Positions 31,114 through 40,685 of a DNA stretch of 64,000 nt are shown piece after piece. The translations under genes and the position numbers were made by a program. Origin of the DNA: a virus; IMG/VR virus record IMGVR_UViG_3300045988_131117; one strand, written 5' to 3'. Numbering within the stretch: position 1 is the stretch's first letter; each line of letters starts with the position of its first letter. The notes beneath the pieces are model-generated. The model was not told the DNA's origin. It saw only the letters and a program-made list of their open reading frames with translations, and did not search any database.

Positions 31114-31135
31114 GGCCCAAGTGTAACCTTGGGCC
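31114..31135 (-). terminator. hairpin immediately 3' of the flotillin-like gene
   Basis: GGCCCAAG / CTTGGGCC perfect 8-bp stem with a 6-nt loop and no clear U-tract. Confidence 0.35.
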
Positions 31136-31142
31136 ATTGTAT

Positions 31143-32843
31143 TTATTTTTTGTCATCTCCCTTTAACTTCTTTAAAGTATCTGCAATCGGAAGCTGATCA
31201 ATGACTCCCAATGCCGGAGCGACGGTCTTGACAACATTGTTAAGGAAATTACCGGTACTGTTCTGACCGCCGTCAAATACCGTGATATTTCCGAGGTTAA
31301 TGTGCTCAAATGCCTTAACCTGTTCTCCGGCAATTTCTTTCCACTGATTAACCATCTTGTACTGGATGGCGATCTGAGGATTGGATTCTGCTGCTTCCAC
31401 CATAGCCTTAAATCCGTCGGCTTCTGCCATCAACGATTTTTTCTTACCTTCGGCTTCTGCCTCCAGCTTCATCTGAATAGCTTTTGCCTCCGCCTCAGCT
31501 TTTGCCAAATGTGCTGCTGCCTCTGCCTCAGCCCGGCGTTTGATCTTCTCGGCCTCGGCATCAGCTTGCAAGATAGCCTCTTCCTTCTGGGTTTCAGCCG
31601 GCACAATCTTTTCAGCCTTAAGCGCAGCCTGAACTTTCTTAGCCTTAGCTTCTTCCACTTCTTTGTCGGCAAGCTCTTTTGCTGTTTTTACAGCCGCTTC
31701 CGATTTAACTTTTTCTTCTCCGGCCTTCTTCTCTGATTGAGCTTTGATGATCTGTAGTTCTGATACTGATACAGCAACCTCCTTCTGGGCATTGTTGTAT
31801 CCTATAGACGCATTTTTCTCAGCCTCAGCCTTCTTAATCTGAGCTTCAGAGTCTTGTATTGCTATAGCTGCTTCCTTGTCAGCTTCAGCCTTATTCTTTC
31901 CGACTTCTTCCATTCTTTCAGCCTCGGCTTTATTTACTTCAAGTTCTGCCTTAGATCTTACGATCGCCGATTCCTTGTCGGTTAAAGTTTTTGCGATAAC
32001 CGCAGCCCTGTCTCTATCTGCTTGAGCTACACCGATCTGTTTCTCTTTGTCGGTTAAAGCTAAAGCTATTTCTTTTTCTTTCTTCGTTTCAGCTACTATT
32101 GTCTCCTTTTCTTTTTCAGTACAAGCAATTTGAATCTCTTGTTCTTTTTTGGTATTAGCCACAGCCGTTTCTTTTTCCTTCTGCTGTACAGCAATTTTAA
32201 TAGCACCCAGCTTCTCCTGTTCTTCGATATTAGCCTGTGCCTCGTTCAGAGCCCTACTTTCAGCTTCCTTACCAAGGTTCATAATATAACCGGCTTCGTC
32301 TCTGATGTCACTGATGTTGATGTTCAGGAGGTAAAGACCTAACTTGTTAAGCTCATTATCAATGTTCTTTCTCGCCTTATCCAAAAACTCATCCCTGTCA
32401 GAATTAAGTTTTTCGATTGTCATTTCAGCAATAATCAAACGCATCTGACCGTAAACGATGTCCGTAATAAGATTTTCAGTAGATTCGGTATCCATCCCCA
32501 AAAGTCTTTCTGCCGCATTTTGCATGATTTCGGGATTTGTACTGATAGCTACTGTAATGGTCGTAGGTACATCTACTCTAATATTCTGAGATGACAAAGC
32601 ACCGGTAAGCTTGCAATCTATTTGCATAGGCTCCATTGACAAAACATCATAGCTTTGAATAATAGGCAAGACAAATGCCGCTCCACCATGATATAATTTC
32701 GCCGATTTCTTTTCCCCACCTGTCTTACCGTAAACGACCAAGACCTGATTAGGTTTACATCTACGATACCTTGATAAGACTCCGATGATTGTCAAAATAA
32801 TCACTACAGCTAAGATAGCTGACACGTACATGATTGTTGTCAT
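31143..32843 (-). CDS. SPFH/band-7 flotillin-like membrane protein (566 aa)
   Basis: N-terminal membrane anchor, SPFH-like core (NQVLVVYGKTGGE...FVLPIIQSYDVLSMEPMQIDCKL) and a long Glu/Ala-rich coiled coil (EAEAE repeats), as in bacterial FloT. Confidence 0.7.
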   Translation of the reverse strand: MTTIMYVSAILAVVIILTIIGVLSRYRRCKPNQVLVVYGKTGGEKKSAKLYHGGAAFVLPIIQSYDVLSMEPMQIDCKLTGALSSQNIRVDVPTTITVAISTNPEIMQNAAERLLGMDTESTENLITDIVYGQMRLIIAEMTIEKLNSDRDEFLDKARKNIDNELNKLGLYLLNINISDIRDEAGYIMNLGKEAESRALNEAQANIEEQEKLGAIKIAVQQKEKETAVANTKKEQEIQIACTEKEKETIVAETKKEKEIALALTDKEKQIGVAQADRDRAAVIAKTLTDKESAIVRSKAELEVNKAEAERMEEVGKNKAEADKEAAIAIQDSEAQIKKAEAEKNASIGYNNAQKEVAVSVSELQIIKAQSEKKAGEEKVKSEAAVKTAKELADKEVEEAKAKKVQAALKAEKIVPAETQKEEAILQADAEAEKIKRRAEAEAAAHLAKAEAEAKAIQMKLEAEAEGKKKSLMAEADGFKAMVEAAESNPQIAIQYKMVNQWKEIAGEQVKAFEHINLGNITVFDGGQNSTGNFLNNVVKTVAPALGVIDQLPIADTLKKLKGDDKK

Positions 32844-32874
32844 AACTTTTAAAATTTAATTGTTGATAAAAAAA

Positions 32875-33369
32875 TTAGATACTTAATTCTCCTTCTTCAT
32901 ATTTTATATTCACCTTGTCACCGTTTTTGTAGGTTTTTCCAGACAAGCATCTTACTCTCATTTGCTCCTGTCTTCCATTTTTCGAAATATTTACCATATA
33001 ATGATTCTTCCCTGATCTAAACACTATCTCCACTTCTCTTCCATTTAAATCTTCCGGACATTCGTACACCATTTCTTGCTTTAACTTAAGAAGTAACTTA
33101 TATACGTAAAACAAAACGATAAAGAAAAGCGACCCTATCACAACCCCTACTAAATGGGAACCCGAAAAGTAGGTAGTCCAGCTATATCCAAGAATAAAAT
33201 GTGTTATGCCCTTGAATGATATGATGTCCGACAAAGACATGCTTAAATCAGAAGCACTGTCAATGTCAATATCCGTATCCAGATCAGATCCTAATATCGA
33301 CAACAAAAACTGTATAACAAAAGCAAATGACGCTATTAAAGCCATGCATAAAATTATGTCACTTCCCAT
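32875..33369 (-). CDS. NfeD-like membrane protein (164 aa): N-terminal TM helices plus a C-terminal beta-rich OB-like domain
   Basis: Three hydrophobic segments, then GREVEIVFRSGKNHYMVNISKNG...GDKVNIKYEEGELSI. Sits immediately upstream of the flotillin-like gene, as in the yuaF-floT pairing. Confidence 0.5.
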   Translation of the reverse strand: MGSDIILCMALIASFAFVIQFLLSILGSDLDTDIDIDSASDLSMSLSDIISFKGITHFILGYSWTTYFSGSHLVGVVIGSLFFIVLFYVYKLLLKLKQEMVYECPEDLNGREVEIVFRSGKNHYMVNISKNGRQEQMRVRCLSGKTYKNGDKVNIKYEEGELSI

Positions 33370-33610
33370 ATCCTTCTGTTATTATTTTGTAAACAAGATC
33401 AGTCATATCTTTGATGGTCTCCATATCATAATCAATAATAACAATATTGAATTTTTGTTCCACCATCACATCAAGCTCAATCCGATCAACAGAATCTAAT
33501 CCAAGTTCTTTAAACGACACATCTTCTTCATGAACTATATCTATTTCCGAATTAAGAAACTGAGTAATAATTATATCCTCTATTATCTTTCTGATTCTTA
33601 CTTTTTCCAT
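33359..33610 (-). CDS. acpP: acyl carrier protein (83 aa)
   Basis: FKELGLDSVDRIELDVMVEQKF matches the ACP phosphopantetheine-attachment region (GxDSL/V ... EL..E..F), including the Ser in LGLDSVD. Confidence 0.7.
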   Translation of the reverse strand: MEKVRIRKIIEDIIITQFLNSEIDIVHEEDVSFKELGLDSVDRIELDVMVEQKFNIVIIDYDMETIKDMTDLVYKIITEGYGK

Positions 33611-34311
33611 TGCTTTCTAATTTTGTTAAATAAGTATGTTTTTATGTTTTTCAATCTCTCTTTGTCTGTTTCAGAACTTCCGGTAAATAAATAATCCGGA
33701 TTGCCTTTAGCCGGCGGCGTAGGCAATTTAGATACGGCAAACAACCAATCCATTTCCTTATTCTTCTTAGGCTCCAAATAAGGCTCGGTAGCGATCTTAA
33801 ATTTTTCAGCTATTAAGTCAAAGAGCTTTGAATTTTTAAGGTTCATATGAACTGAAAAAGCTTGAGAAGGCGGTTTCCATATGAAGTTACATAAGCTCAT
33901 TGTATAATCTCCTGACTCTGCTATATAAGATTCCGTTACCTGAAGTATGACCTCTTTCTTGAATGAGGTGTTACCCATAAACCAACACAATCTGGATTCT
34001 GCTTCTTTTCTGCTGACACCTATGTCTTTTGAATATGATTCGTACATTCCTATCATAATCTTCAACGTTTCCAGAACCTCGTCTGTCATTTCCGGTGTCT
34101 CTATATAATTCACAAAAGACGTTCCCTTGTTGGTCAATCTCATCACGCCTGATTTTAATTTCTCAACCAGGCCAAGCTCTATATACCTCCCAGCATCTTC
34201 TTCCGGCATGGCTTCGATCATAACCGAATCCTTCTGTCTTATGGCAAGAAGATTGGCAAGATCATTAGGAGTCATGTCTGATGCTGCAAGTTGTCTGAAA
34301 TTGATGTACAT
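33598..34311 (-). CDS. hypothetical protein (237 aa)
   Basis: ORF only. Confidence 0.45.
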   Translation of the reverse strand: MYINFRQLAASDMTPNDLANLLAIRQKDSVMIEAMPEEDAGRYIELGLVEKLKSGVMRLTNKGTSFVNYIETPEMTDEVLETLKIMIGMYESYSKDIGVSRKEAESRLCWFMGNTSFKKEVILQVTESYIAESGDYTMSLCNFIWKPPSQAFSVHMNLKNSKLFDLIAEKFKIATEPYLEPKKNKEMDWLFAVSKLPTPPAKGNPDYLFTGSSETDKERLKNIKTYLFNKIRKQWKK

Positions 34312-34313
34312 TC

Positions 34314-34511
34314 TTAATCAGCTTTAATAAAAATAACATTCTTGTTATCTTGTCTATCAACATGTCCACATGGACCAATAATTATGTCTGTACATGAACA
34401 AGAATCGTAATCTTCGAATATACACCTATCGCATGTATCACCTTCCACACATTTTAATCTTACAAGTCCGGCAGTAAATACTTCTCCTACTTTAAATTCC
34501 TTCTTTTCCAT
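34314..34511 (-). CDS. small Cys-rich protein with CDRCIF motif (65 aa)
   Basis: CVEGDTCDRCIFEDYDSCSC; a paralog of the 55354–55623 ORF. Confidence 0.45.
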   Translation of the reverse strand: MEKKEFKVGEVFTAGLVRLKCVEGDTCDRCIFEDYDSCSCTDIIIGPCGHVDRQDNKNVIFIKAD

Positions 34512-34526
34512 ATTCCCTCCTTGTTT

Positions 34527-35129
34527 TTAACTGTTGTACCCTTCTTTAATAATCGAATTTCTACCGGTAGATACCGACTGTCGAAGATCGTCATGTACAG
34601 AATCTACCGTAGAATACTTGTTTCTGGTTGTAAAAATCACTTCCAGCATCTCCTTGTAATCACCTAAAGCTACTTCGTATCTCGGATCTACTTTGGCTTT
34701 TCTTTCGGCCTCGGCATTACTTTTAGCCAGTTCTCGGTCGAGGAGGTCTTCTTTGATTCGGTCAGCAATCATATCAAGTTCTTTTTTAATAACTTCTCCT
34801 GCTGCCCGAAGTTGACCTTCTACGTCACCAAGCTGGTCTTGGACGGTTCCTATTTCTTTCTTTAAACGATCGTATTCGTTAATCATACCCATATCACCTG
34901 CATATCCGGAAAAGTCCTTGATTATTCTGGTTCCTTCTTTAAGGAGCTCAATGACTCGTCTTTTACGTTCTCTGCTTATTAAAGACGGAAGACGATAATT
35001 CATATCCGCCACCGCCTTATCATGTATGGAGTTGATTAAAAACATCTCTCTTTCATCTCCTGCAAACTCAGTAAGAACCAAAAGGAACTTACTTATCAGG
35101 TATTCGTTTTCTTCTACTGTCAGTCTCAT
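34527..35129 (-). CDS. hypothetical coiled-coil protein (about 201 aa from ATG at 35129)
   Basis: The track ORF extends upstream across the helicase gene. The internal Met (MRLTVEENEY) avoids that overlap. Confidence 0.4.
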   Translation of the reverse strand: MRLTVEENEYLISKFLLVLTEFAGDEREMFLINSIHDKAVADMNYRLPSLISRERKRRVIELLKEGTRIIKDFSGYAGDMGMINEYDRLKKEIGTVQDQLGDVEGQLRAAGEVIKKELDMIADRIKEDLLDRELAKSNAEAERKAKVDPRYEVALGDYKEMLEVIFTTRNKYSTVDSVHDDLRQSVSTGRNSIIKEGYNS

Positions 35130-35143
35130 GGTTCTTATTTTTT

Positions 35144-36277
35144 TTAATACAATGACTGTTCTTCTTTTGTCTCTTGTTCTTGTTCCTGATTGTCCGTAAC
35201 GTCTTCCACAGTATAGAGCTTGGGCGGCGTCGGCGGCTGGTTGGGGTTCACGAACTTCGTCCCGCCCTCCCCGTACATCCATCCATGCCCCGGCAGAATC
35301 TCTGGGTGGATTGTATTAGTAAGCTCTTCCATACTAACTTGCCTTACCTTCAGTATATGATGAAACACCAGTCCGGCTGTCCTGAATGATGTTTTGTTTT
35401 CAGTTTTAAACCTATCAAGAGTCTGATACCAATCTTTCCCAAATATCATATACTTATCCAGCCCGTACCTACGAGGATTGTGCAAACCTATCATTAACGT
35501 ACATAACTGACCCAGCGTATCAGATTGGTAAAAATCAGAAAGACGCGGAGGCTGCTCTTGTGGGCTTTTTATCCTTCCTTCTATCTCTCTGTTGAATTGT
35601 GATATGATGAGGAAAAATATGTTTTTATATACTAATTTAGCTTCGTTTATAACCGCCACCAAATCATCTATAGCCGACTTAGGATCTAACCCCATTCTTT
35701 TTATCAAAGCAATATGATCGACTTTAAATATTATAAGACGTTTGTCTTTGTGTTTGGTAGCTATATGATACACAGCCGCCTCAAACTCTTTTACCGTACA
35801 CGGAGCATCGATGTATATTATATTATTCCTGATTTCACCTTGAAGGATTTCAAACATCCTCATCTCTTCCACTGTATTAGAATCTTGCCTTCTTAATATT
35901 TCAGGAGCCCGCTTTTTCATATCCTGGCTCATTCTACGAAGAAGAAGATCTTGAGGATTCATTTCGAACTCGCAATTAACAAGAAAATAATCTTCTGCTT
36001 GCGGGTTGATCATCGGATTCATCACATTTTCCAATATCTTTTGGGCCACATACGATTTACCTACAGATGGCCGGGCTCCTATGGCAATAGCATGCTGAGG
36101 GAAAATACCTCCAAGCAAAGCCTCATCAATATAATCGTATCCGGTTTTAGCGGGGATAAGCTCTCCCCGCCTGTATTTCAAGATATTCTCATACGCCTCT
36201 TCCATGACCTGTTTAGAGGTCTTGAATATCCTTCTTATATCTATTTTATTTTTCAGATCCTCTTGCATTTTTGTCAC
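35144..36277 (-). CDS. DnaB-like replicative DNA helicase (RecA-fold C-terminal domain only, 377 aa)
   Basis: Walker A GARPSVGKS and an ISQFNREIEGR segment resembling the DnaB SQLNR motif. Short N-terminal region. Confidence 0.65.
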   Translation of the reverse strand: MTKMQEDLKNKIDIRRIFKTSKQVMEEAYENILKYRRGELIPAKTGYDYIDEALLGGIFPQHAIAIGARPSVGKSYVAQKILENVMNPMINPQAEDYFLVNCEFEMNPQDLLLRRMSQDMKKRAPEILRRQDSNTVEEMRMFEILQGEIRNNIIYIDAPCTVKEFEAAVYHIATKHKDKRLIIFKVDHIALIKRMGLDPKSAIDDLVAVINEAKLVYKNIFFLIISQFNREIEGRIKSPQEQPPRLSDFYQSDTLGQLCTLMIGLHNPRRYGLDKYMIFGKDWYQTLDRFKTENKTSFRTAGLVFHHILKVRQVSMEELTNTIHPEILPGHGWMYGEGGTKFVNPNQPPTPPKLYTVEDVTDNQEQEQETKEEQSLY

Positions 36278-36524
36278 CTTTTGTATCCGATTTGGATCCC
36301 CTATTAGCTTTTACTGATTTATACCTAAGACCGTTCTTGGTATGAGAACAATCCTTGCCTTTCCTCCAGCCCTTGCCCTTTTTCTTGTCCGTTTCGTAGT
36401 TTTTACGACCAAGTTCCCGGCGTTTTGCTTTCTGTTCCGGTCTGGCATTTATTTCCTTGTCCTTTTTAGCCTTTTTCTTCCTGGCTTCGGGATGAGTCCT
36501 GTAGTACTCTGTTGATCTGCCCAT
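36246..36524 (-). CDS. highly basic Lys/Arg-rich small protein (about 92 aa from MGRSTEYY)
   Basis: KKKAKKDKE...KRRELGRK...KKKGKGWRKGK; possibly nucleic-acid binding. Confidence 0.4.
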   Translation of the reverse strand: MGRSTEYYRTHPEARKKKAKKDKEINARPEQKAKRRELGRKNYETDKKKGKGWRKGKDCSHTKNGLRYKSVKANRGSKSDTKGDKNARGSEK

Positions 36525-36577
36525 CTTCTTACATTTTTTTTTGATTGATAATAGCACAAAGATAGGCAATTCGCGCC

Positions 36578-37144
36578 CTATTTCAACCTGCCGTAGCTCA
36601 TATCAGGATCACACCAGACATACCCGTCTTTCTCATCATGAAGATACTCAGGACATCCTCTGCATGCGCTACTGCCTGACACTATTTGATTGTTTTTATT
36701 AGGGCACTTATCTCCAGGCTTATGCCGTTCTATTCTCGAACCTGATCGCTCTTTGTTTACATGACAGAACTGAAAGACTTTTCCCATCGTCTTCTCGCCA
36801 AACATACCTATATGTGTGTACTCTTCCGGTATAGCGAGAAATTCAGATAAATCTTTATACATCCTTTCCCGTTCCTCCGGCGTAGACCATAGTCTGTCAA
36901 GTTCGGCATGGACTCTTATCTTAAGAGATCTCAGTGATGGCCCTGCAAGCCGGCCTTTAGCTTTTCCCTTATTCGGCCCTGATTCATGAACACCGACATA
37001 AGCGTTGCATGGTTTGCACATCATAACCATCCCTAAGCCTTTTCTGTTATATACTTTATCGGCATTGATCAACTCGGTTTCTCTTCCGCAATAAGGACAA
37101 ATTTCGCCTCTTAAAACCCGTTGTTGGCGCTCATTAAGTTCCAT
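36578..37144 (-). CDS. zinc-ribbon protein (DUF3268-like)
   Basis: CPYCGRETELINADKVY...MCKPCNAYVGVH fits the phage zinc-ribbon pattern CPYCG...C.PC.AYVG.H. Confidence 0.4.
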   Translation of the reverse strand: MELNERQQRVLRGEICPYCGRETELINADKVYNRKGLGMVMMCKPCNAYVGVHESGPNKGKAKGRLAGPSLRSLKIRVHAELDRLWSTPEERERMYKDLSEFLAIPEEYTHIGMFGEKTMGKVFQFCHVNKERSGSRIERHKPGDKCPNKNNQIVSGSSACRGCPEYLHDEKDGYVWCDPDMSYGRLK

Positions 37145-37386
37145 ACCCTATTCTTTTGTTTTTCTTTAAACTTTTCATACAAACTGTTTTCAGTTTCCAT
37201 TTCCGAAATCTCTACCTCTACATCCTCTCTTTTGAAAATTACTTTCTTGGCTGTCGGATACGCACATTTAGAGATACGAATAGCATTACGAATAGCGTAA
37301 ACAAAATACGTTTCTGGTGACGATTCGATCACCACCACCTCATTTAAAGTGTTTTTGTAATTTTCCATATTATCTGCTTGCTTCAA
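37111..37386 (-). CDS. hypothetical protein (91 aa)
   Basis: ORF only. Confidence 0.35.
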   Translation of the reverse strand: MKQADNMENYKNTLNEVVVIESSPETYFVYAIRNAIRISKCAYPTAKKVIFKREDVEVEISEMETENSLYEKFKEKQKNRVWNLMSANNGF

Positions 37387-37723
37387 TTATATAACCAGGA
37401 TGATCTTCACACGCCTCTTTGTATTCGATAAGAAACTTAAGAAATGAATCATAAGACCCCCATCCATTTTCTGGCTCGTATTTCAAAAGACTTTTTCTCT
37501 TGGAGATCATAATACATATACCTTTTGTAAGTACATTCTTCATCTCATCGGTATCTATTTCCCTACCCAATTCTTCTGGTCTCCAAACATAATCGTACAG
37601 CGTTTCTTTATTTTCTGATACGAATATTCTTTGTGCCATCTTGTTCATGTTGTGGGTAATGTTTGCAACCCATTCACGATCCTCTTCTTTCTTCTTACTT
37701 TTAATATAAACGTCCAGGCTCAT
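37370..37723 (-). CDS. hypothetical protein (117 aa)
   Basis: ORF only. Confidence 0.4.
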   Translation of the reverse strand: MSLDVYIKSKKKEEDREWVANITHNMNKMAQRIFVSENKETLYDYVWRPEELGREIDTDEMKNVLTKGICIMISKRKSLLKYEPENGWGSYDSFLKFLIEYKEACEDHPGYIIEASR

Positions 37724-38714
37724 ACTGTTTTTCTTTTACCTTGTTATTGATTATCAAATCTGCCACATCATCTCCGTCCCCTACATTTTCAACATTTTGA
37801 AGATAGTCCGATACTTTTATCCTTGACTTCATCATCATCCCATCTATCTTTTTACTCCATGTCTCAAATGCTTGTCCTTTGTCCGGAAAAGCTACAGTCT
37901 TTCTATCTTTTAAAACATCTATCACTTCCGGCCTTAGATTCTGCAACCCACCGGTAGCTACAAATAACTCATCCGGTTTATTCACAGCGCATATAATAGC
38001 CGTCTTTTCTGATTCCACCAAATTAACCACCTTATCCGGATACTGGCTTAGAAGATGTTCTCCGAACAGGCATTGTCTAAACAAGAAGTCTCTTGCATGC
38101 AACGAGTGATAAAACATGACATGAGGCCGCTCATTGTCACCGTCTTTTTCTTTCACTCTTTTTACATCAATCTCATTCCCCTGGCTGTCGGTCTTTATAT
38201 AAAAGTCCATGATCTTGCCGGTTCTACATACAAAATCTTTGTCTATCTGCCAGAATATACAACACCCTTTCCATCCCCATAAGTCCATTGTTCCGACATG
38301 ATACCTCCTGAATACATCAGATACCCTTTCTTTTCCCCATAGAGACGATAAAAATCTAAATACGGTGTTTCTATCGTCTGGAACCACAGTCCTCTCAAAC
38401 TCGCTAAAAGGTATGTAATTTACAACGTCAGGATTTACAGGAGGACGATAAGCTCTTATACACTTGTTTCCCGAAATCCAAAGATCTTTGTCACCTACAT
38501 CCTTGCCGGTAGGTCGTTTATCGTAACCGCAAGTCCGTTCATGATCGCATCTTCCGAACTCGTTTCCAACAACCTGACCTGTTGCCACATCAATATAAGG
38601 GGTGAGGCACCGGCTTTTCCCGCAGGCCGGGCAGGTTAGCTTCAGCCGGCTCCTGCCGGGTCTGCGGTCAAGTTGAAACCGGGGTACGTTTTCGTATTTT
38701 CTAAAATCAAGCAT
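37701..38714 (-). CDS. putative DNA primase (N-terminal zinc ribbon plus TOPRIM-like domain)
   Basis: N-terminal CPACGKSRC...GRCDHERTCGY zinc ribbon. C-terminal ESEKTAIICAV...LFVATGGLQNL...KTVAFPDKGQA resembles the TOPRIM Glu and DxD-like motifs. Confidence 0.45.
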   Translation of the reverse strand: MLDFRKYENVPRFQLDRRPGRSRLKLTCPACGKSRCLTPYIDVATGQVVGNEFGRCDHERTCGYDKRPTGKDVGDKDLWISGNKCIRAYRPPVNPDVVNYIPFSEFERTVVPDDRNTVFRFLSSLWGKERVSDVFRRYHVGTMDLWGWKGCCIFWQIDKDFVCRTGKIMDFYIKTDSQGNEIDVKRVKEKDGDNERPHVMFYHSLHARDFLFRQCLFGEHLLSQYPDKVVNLVESEKTAIICAVNKPDELFVATGGLQNLRPEVIDVLKDRKTVAFPDKGQAFETWSKKIDGMMMKSRIKVSDYLQNVENVGDGDDVADLIINNKVKEKQYEPGRLY

Positions 38715-39057
38715 TTTTAACTCCTCTCATCGCCTCTATGATTCTATCTGCTATAGTTATAGACCATGACACCACATCTGGTACATATACTCCGCAATCT
38801 ATTTCACCTTTTCTATTTTGTGCTTTAACAAACTCAATAGAATAAGCCTTAATAAGATCGAATCTACGTTGCTCCCAGTCTACATCTTTGTTTTCGTCAT
38901 TTACAGGAAGGGTATCGAGATAAAAATTTAAACTCTCACTTATCACATTCCCATTATCACCATAGAACTGTATTCTGTCATGGTCGCTTCTTGTAGTTGA
39001 GCTACTGAAAGTGATTACGTCTATTATCTCTCCTGTTCTTCTAATTTTTCTTTTCAT
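38707..39057 (-). CDS. hypothetical protein (116 aa)
   Basis: ORF only. Confidence 0.4.
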   Translation of the reverse strand: MKRKIRRTGEIIDVITFSSSTTRSDHDRIQFYGDNGNVISESLNFYLDTLPVNDENKDVDWEQRRFDLIKAYSIEFVKAQNRKGEIDCGVYVPDVVSWSITIADRIIEAMRGVKNA

Positions 39058-39287
39058 ACTCTTCTTGTATTTCTGACCAATATAGGCATTATTATTTCGA
39101 TGGTCTTGCCATATTTCTTATGAGATGCAAGTACACATATTGCATATTTATCTCCTATTTTCAAATCTTTCGATAATCTTAATCTCGAACCCCTTTTGAT
39201 GTTAATAAAATAACCACCAAAAGGATTGATGCATATCGGTTTTACGATTTCTATATAATCTCCTTCAGGAATAACAATATCGTTCAT
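39054..39287 (-). CDS. hypothetical protein (77 aa)
   Basis: ORF only. Confidence 0.35.
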   Translation of the reverse strand: MNDIVIPEGDYIEIVKPICINPFGGYFINIKRGSRLRLSKDLKIGDKYAICVLASHKKYGKTIEIIMPILVRNTRRV

Positions 39288-40603
39288 ATTATGAATCTTT
39301 TAGACATTTCCTCTGCAATATCATACACGACCGTATGATCCTCTTCATTGTACGGCTTATTGATATTCAGCACTCCTTTTCTCACTTTGAACTTCTTATC
39401 TTTTCTAAGGTGATTCAACATACCTTGTTGGAACACGCAGTCCGCCTTTTCAAGTGCTATACTGTCTTCTGTCCATTCTTTCAACGTATATCCTTTGCTG
39501 CTCGTGCTTTTTGGAGAAAAGTTCATAATACGTGCATCAATCCCATACCATGCTTTAACCATTCTTCTTTCAGCTTCTAATTGAAATGCGTATGATTCCC
39601 ATATTCCCCCTGATTTAAAGTCGAGAATAACCACTTCTTCCTTCTCCACGTCTCTTACCTCCTTCTTCGGATCACCTTTTTTAAACTGCCCTGTAGCCCT
39701 TTGATACACGGCTCCAAAATAACCTTCTTCTTTGTATTTGAATGTCATTTTAACCATCGCATCTATCGGCGTAGCTACTAAATAGTCTTCTAATGACAAT
39801 ATTCTTTCAATCATCATCGGCTTAACCTTATACTCTGAACAAAATTTGGCAAACTTCATAATTCTGACAATCATATCATCAAGATCATCAATACTGTTAA
39901 AAAACCGATCAAGATTTTTCTTAGATATTTTCAGCTTGCCTTCTTGCACTGTCTTAACTACAAAGCTTCGATTTAAGACCATATCTCTACCTGTTAGGTA
40001 CAATCCGTACAGATAGTGCATGATCGTTCCCCTGTCGGCTTCATACTGTGCCACCTCTTCCGGATTGCGACCAAGCATCTTCATCTCTTGCTTCCATTCC
40101 TGAAGTGCGGTCTTATCATCTACATACCCATCTTTGATTAAAGTTGTTACCGAAGCATATATCTTGGCCGTTCCATCATCCATCTTCCTTACATAAAAAC
40201 GATTATCGTCTAATGTCAATCTTACGAATTTGGGAGTCTCAATCTTCTTCAACTCATCGCAGATATAAAACGGCTCTAACGTTTCTTGATTTTCTGTAAA
40301 CGGATTCGAATCTTCCTCTCCAGGGTTAGGATCTGCTTCCTCTGCCGGAGCTTCCGGTTCTTCTCCCTGGGCCTGCTCTGGCTCAGGCTCCGGCTTTTTA
40401 ACTACTGGAACCCGTCCGCCTCTTTCTGCTATATCTTTGTTTTTTATTAAAGACATAACTTCCTTTCTCAATTGCTCCGGTGTTTGATTAGGATCTGACA
40501 CCGACATCACAACATCGTTCATTCTAAACAACGTATTTCCTTTTCCCTCCACCATAGGTACAAACCCTAAATCTGTCAATATTTTTATTTTCTGTTCTAT
40601 CAT
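39284..40603 (-). CDS. PD-(D/E)XK-like nuclease family protein (439 aa) with an acidic low-complexity N-terminal linker
   Basis: ATPIDAMVKM ... VVILDFKSGG parallels the IDWKSG core of the Cas4-like nuclease. PEPEPEQAQGEEPEAPAEEADPNPGEE acidic linker. Confidence 0.4.
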   Translation of the reverse strand: MIEQKIKILTDLGFVPMVEGKGNTLFRMNDVVMSVSDPNQTPEQLRKEVMSLIKNKDIAERGGRVPVVKKPEPEPEQAQGEEPEAPAEEADPNPGEEDSNPFTENQETLEPFYICDELKKIETPKFVRLTLDDNRFYVRKMDDGTAKIYASVTTLIKDGYVDDKTALQEWKQEMKMLGRNPEEVAQYEADRGTIMHYLYGLYLTGRDMVLNRSFVVKTVQEGKLKISKKNLDRFFNSIDDLDDMIVRIMKFAKFCSEYKVKPMMIERILSLEDYLVATPIDAMVKMTFKYKEEGYFGAVYQRATGQFKKGDPKKEVRDVEKEEVVILDFKSGGIWESYAFQLEAERRMVKAWYGIDARIMNFSPKSTSSKGYTLKEWTEDSIALEKADCVFQQGMLNHLRKDKKFKVRKGVLNINKPYNEEDHTVVYDIAEEMSKRFII

Positions 40604-40685
40604 CGCAATTTCTCAATTAATTCCTCTTTAACATAATACAACACAGTTACAGTCTCATCAATATCTGTGGCTGCTTTCTCAAATA

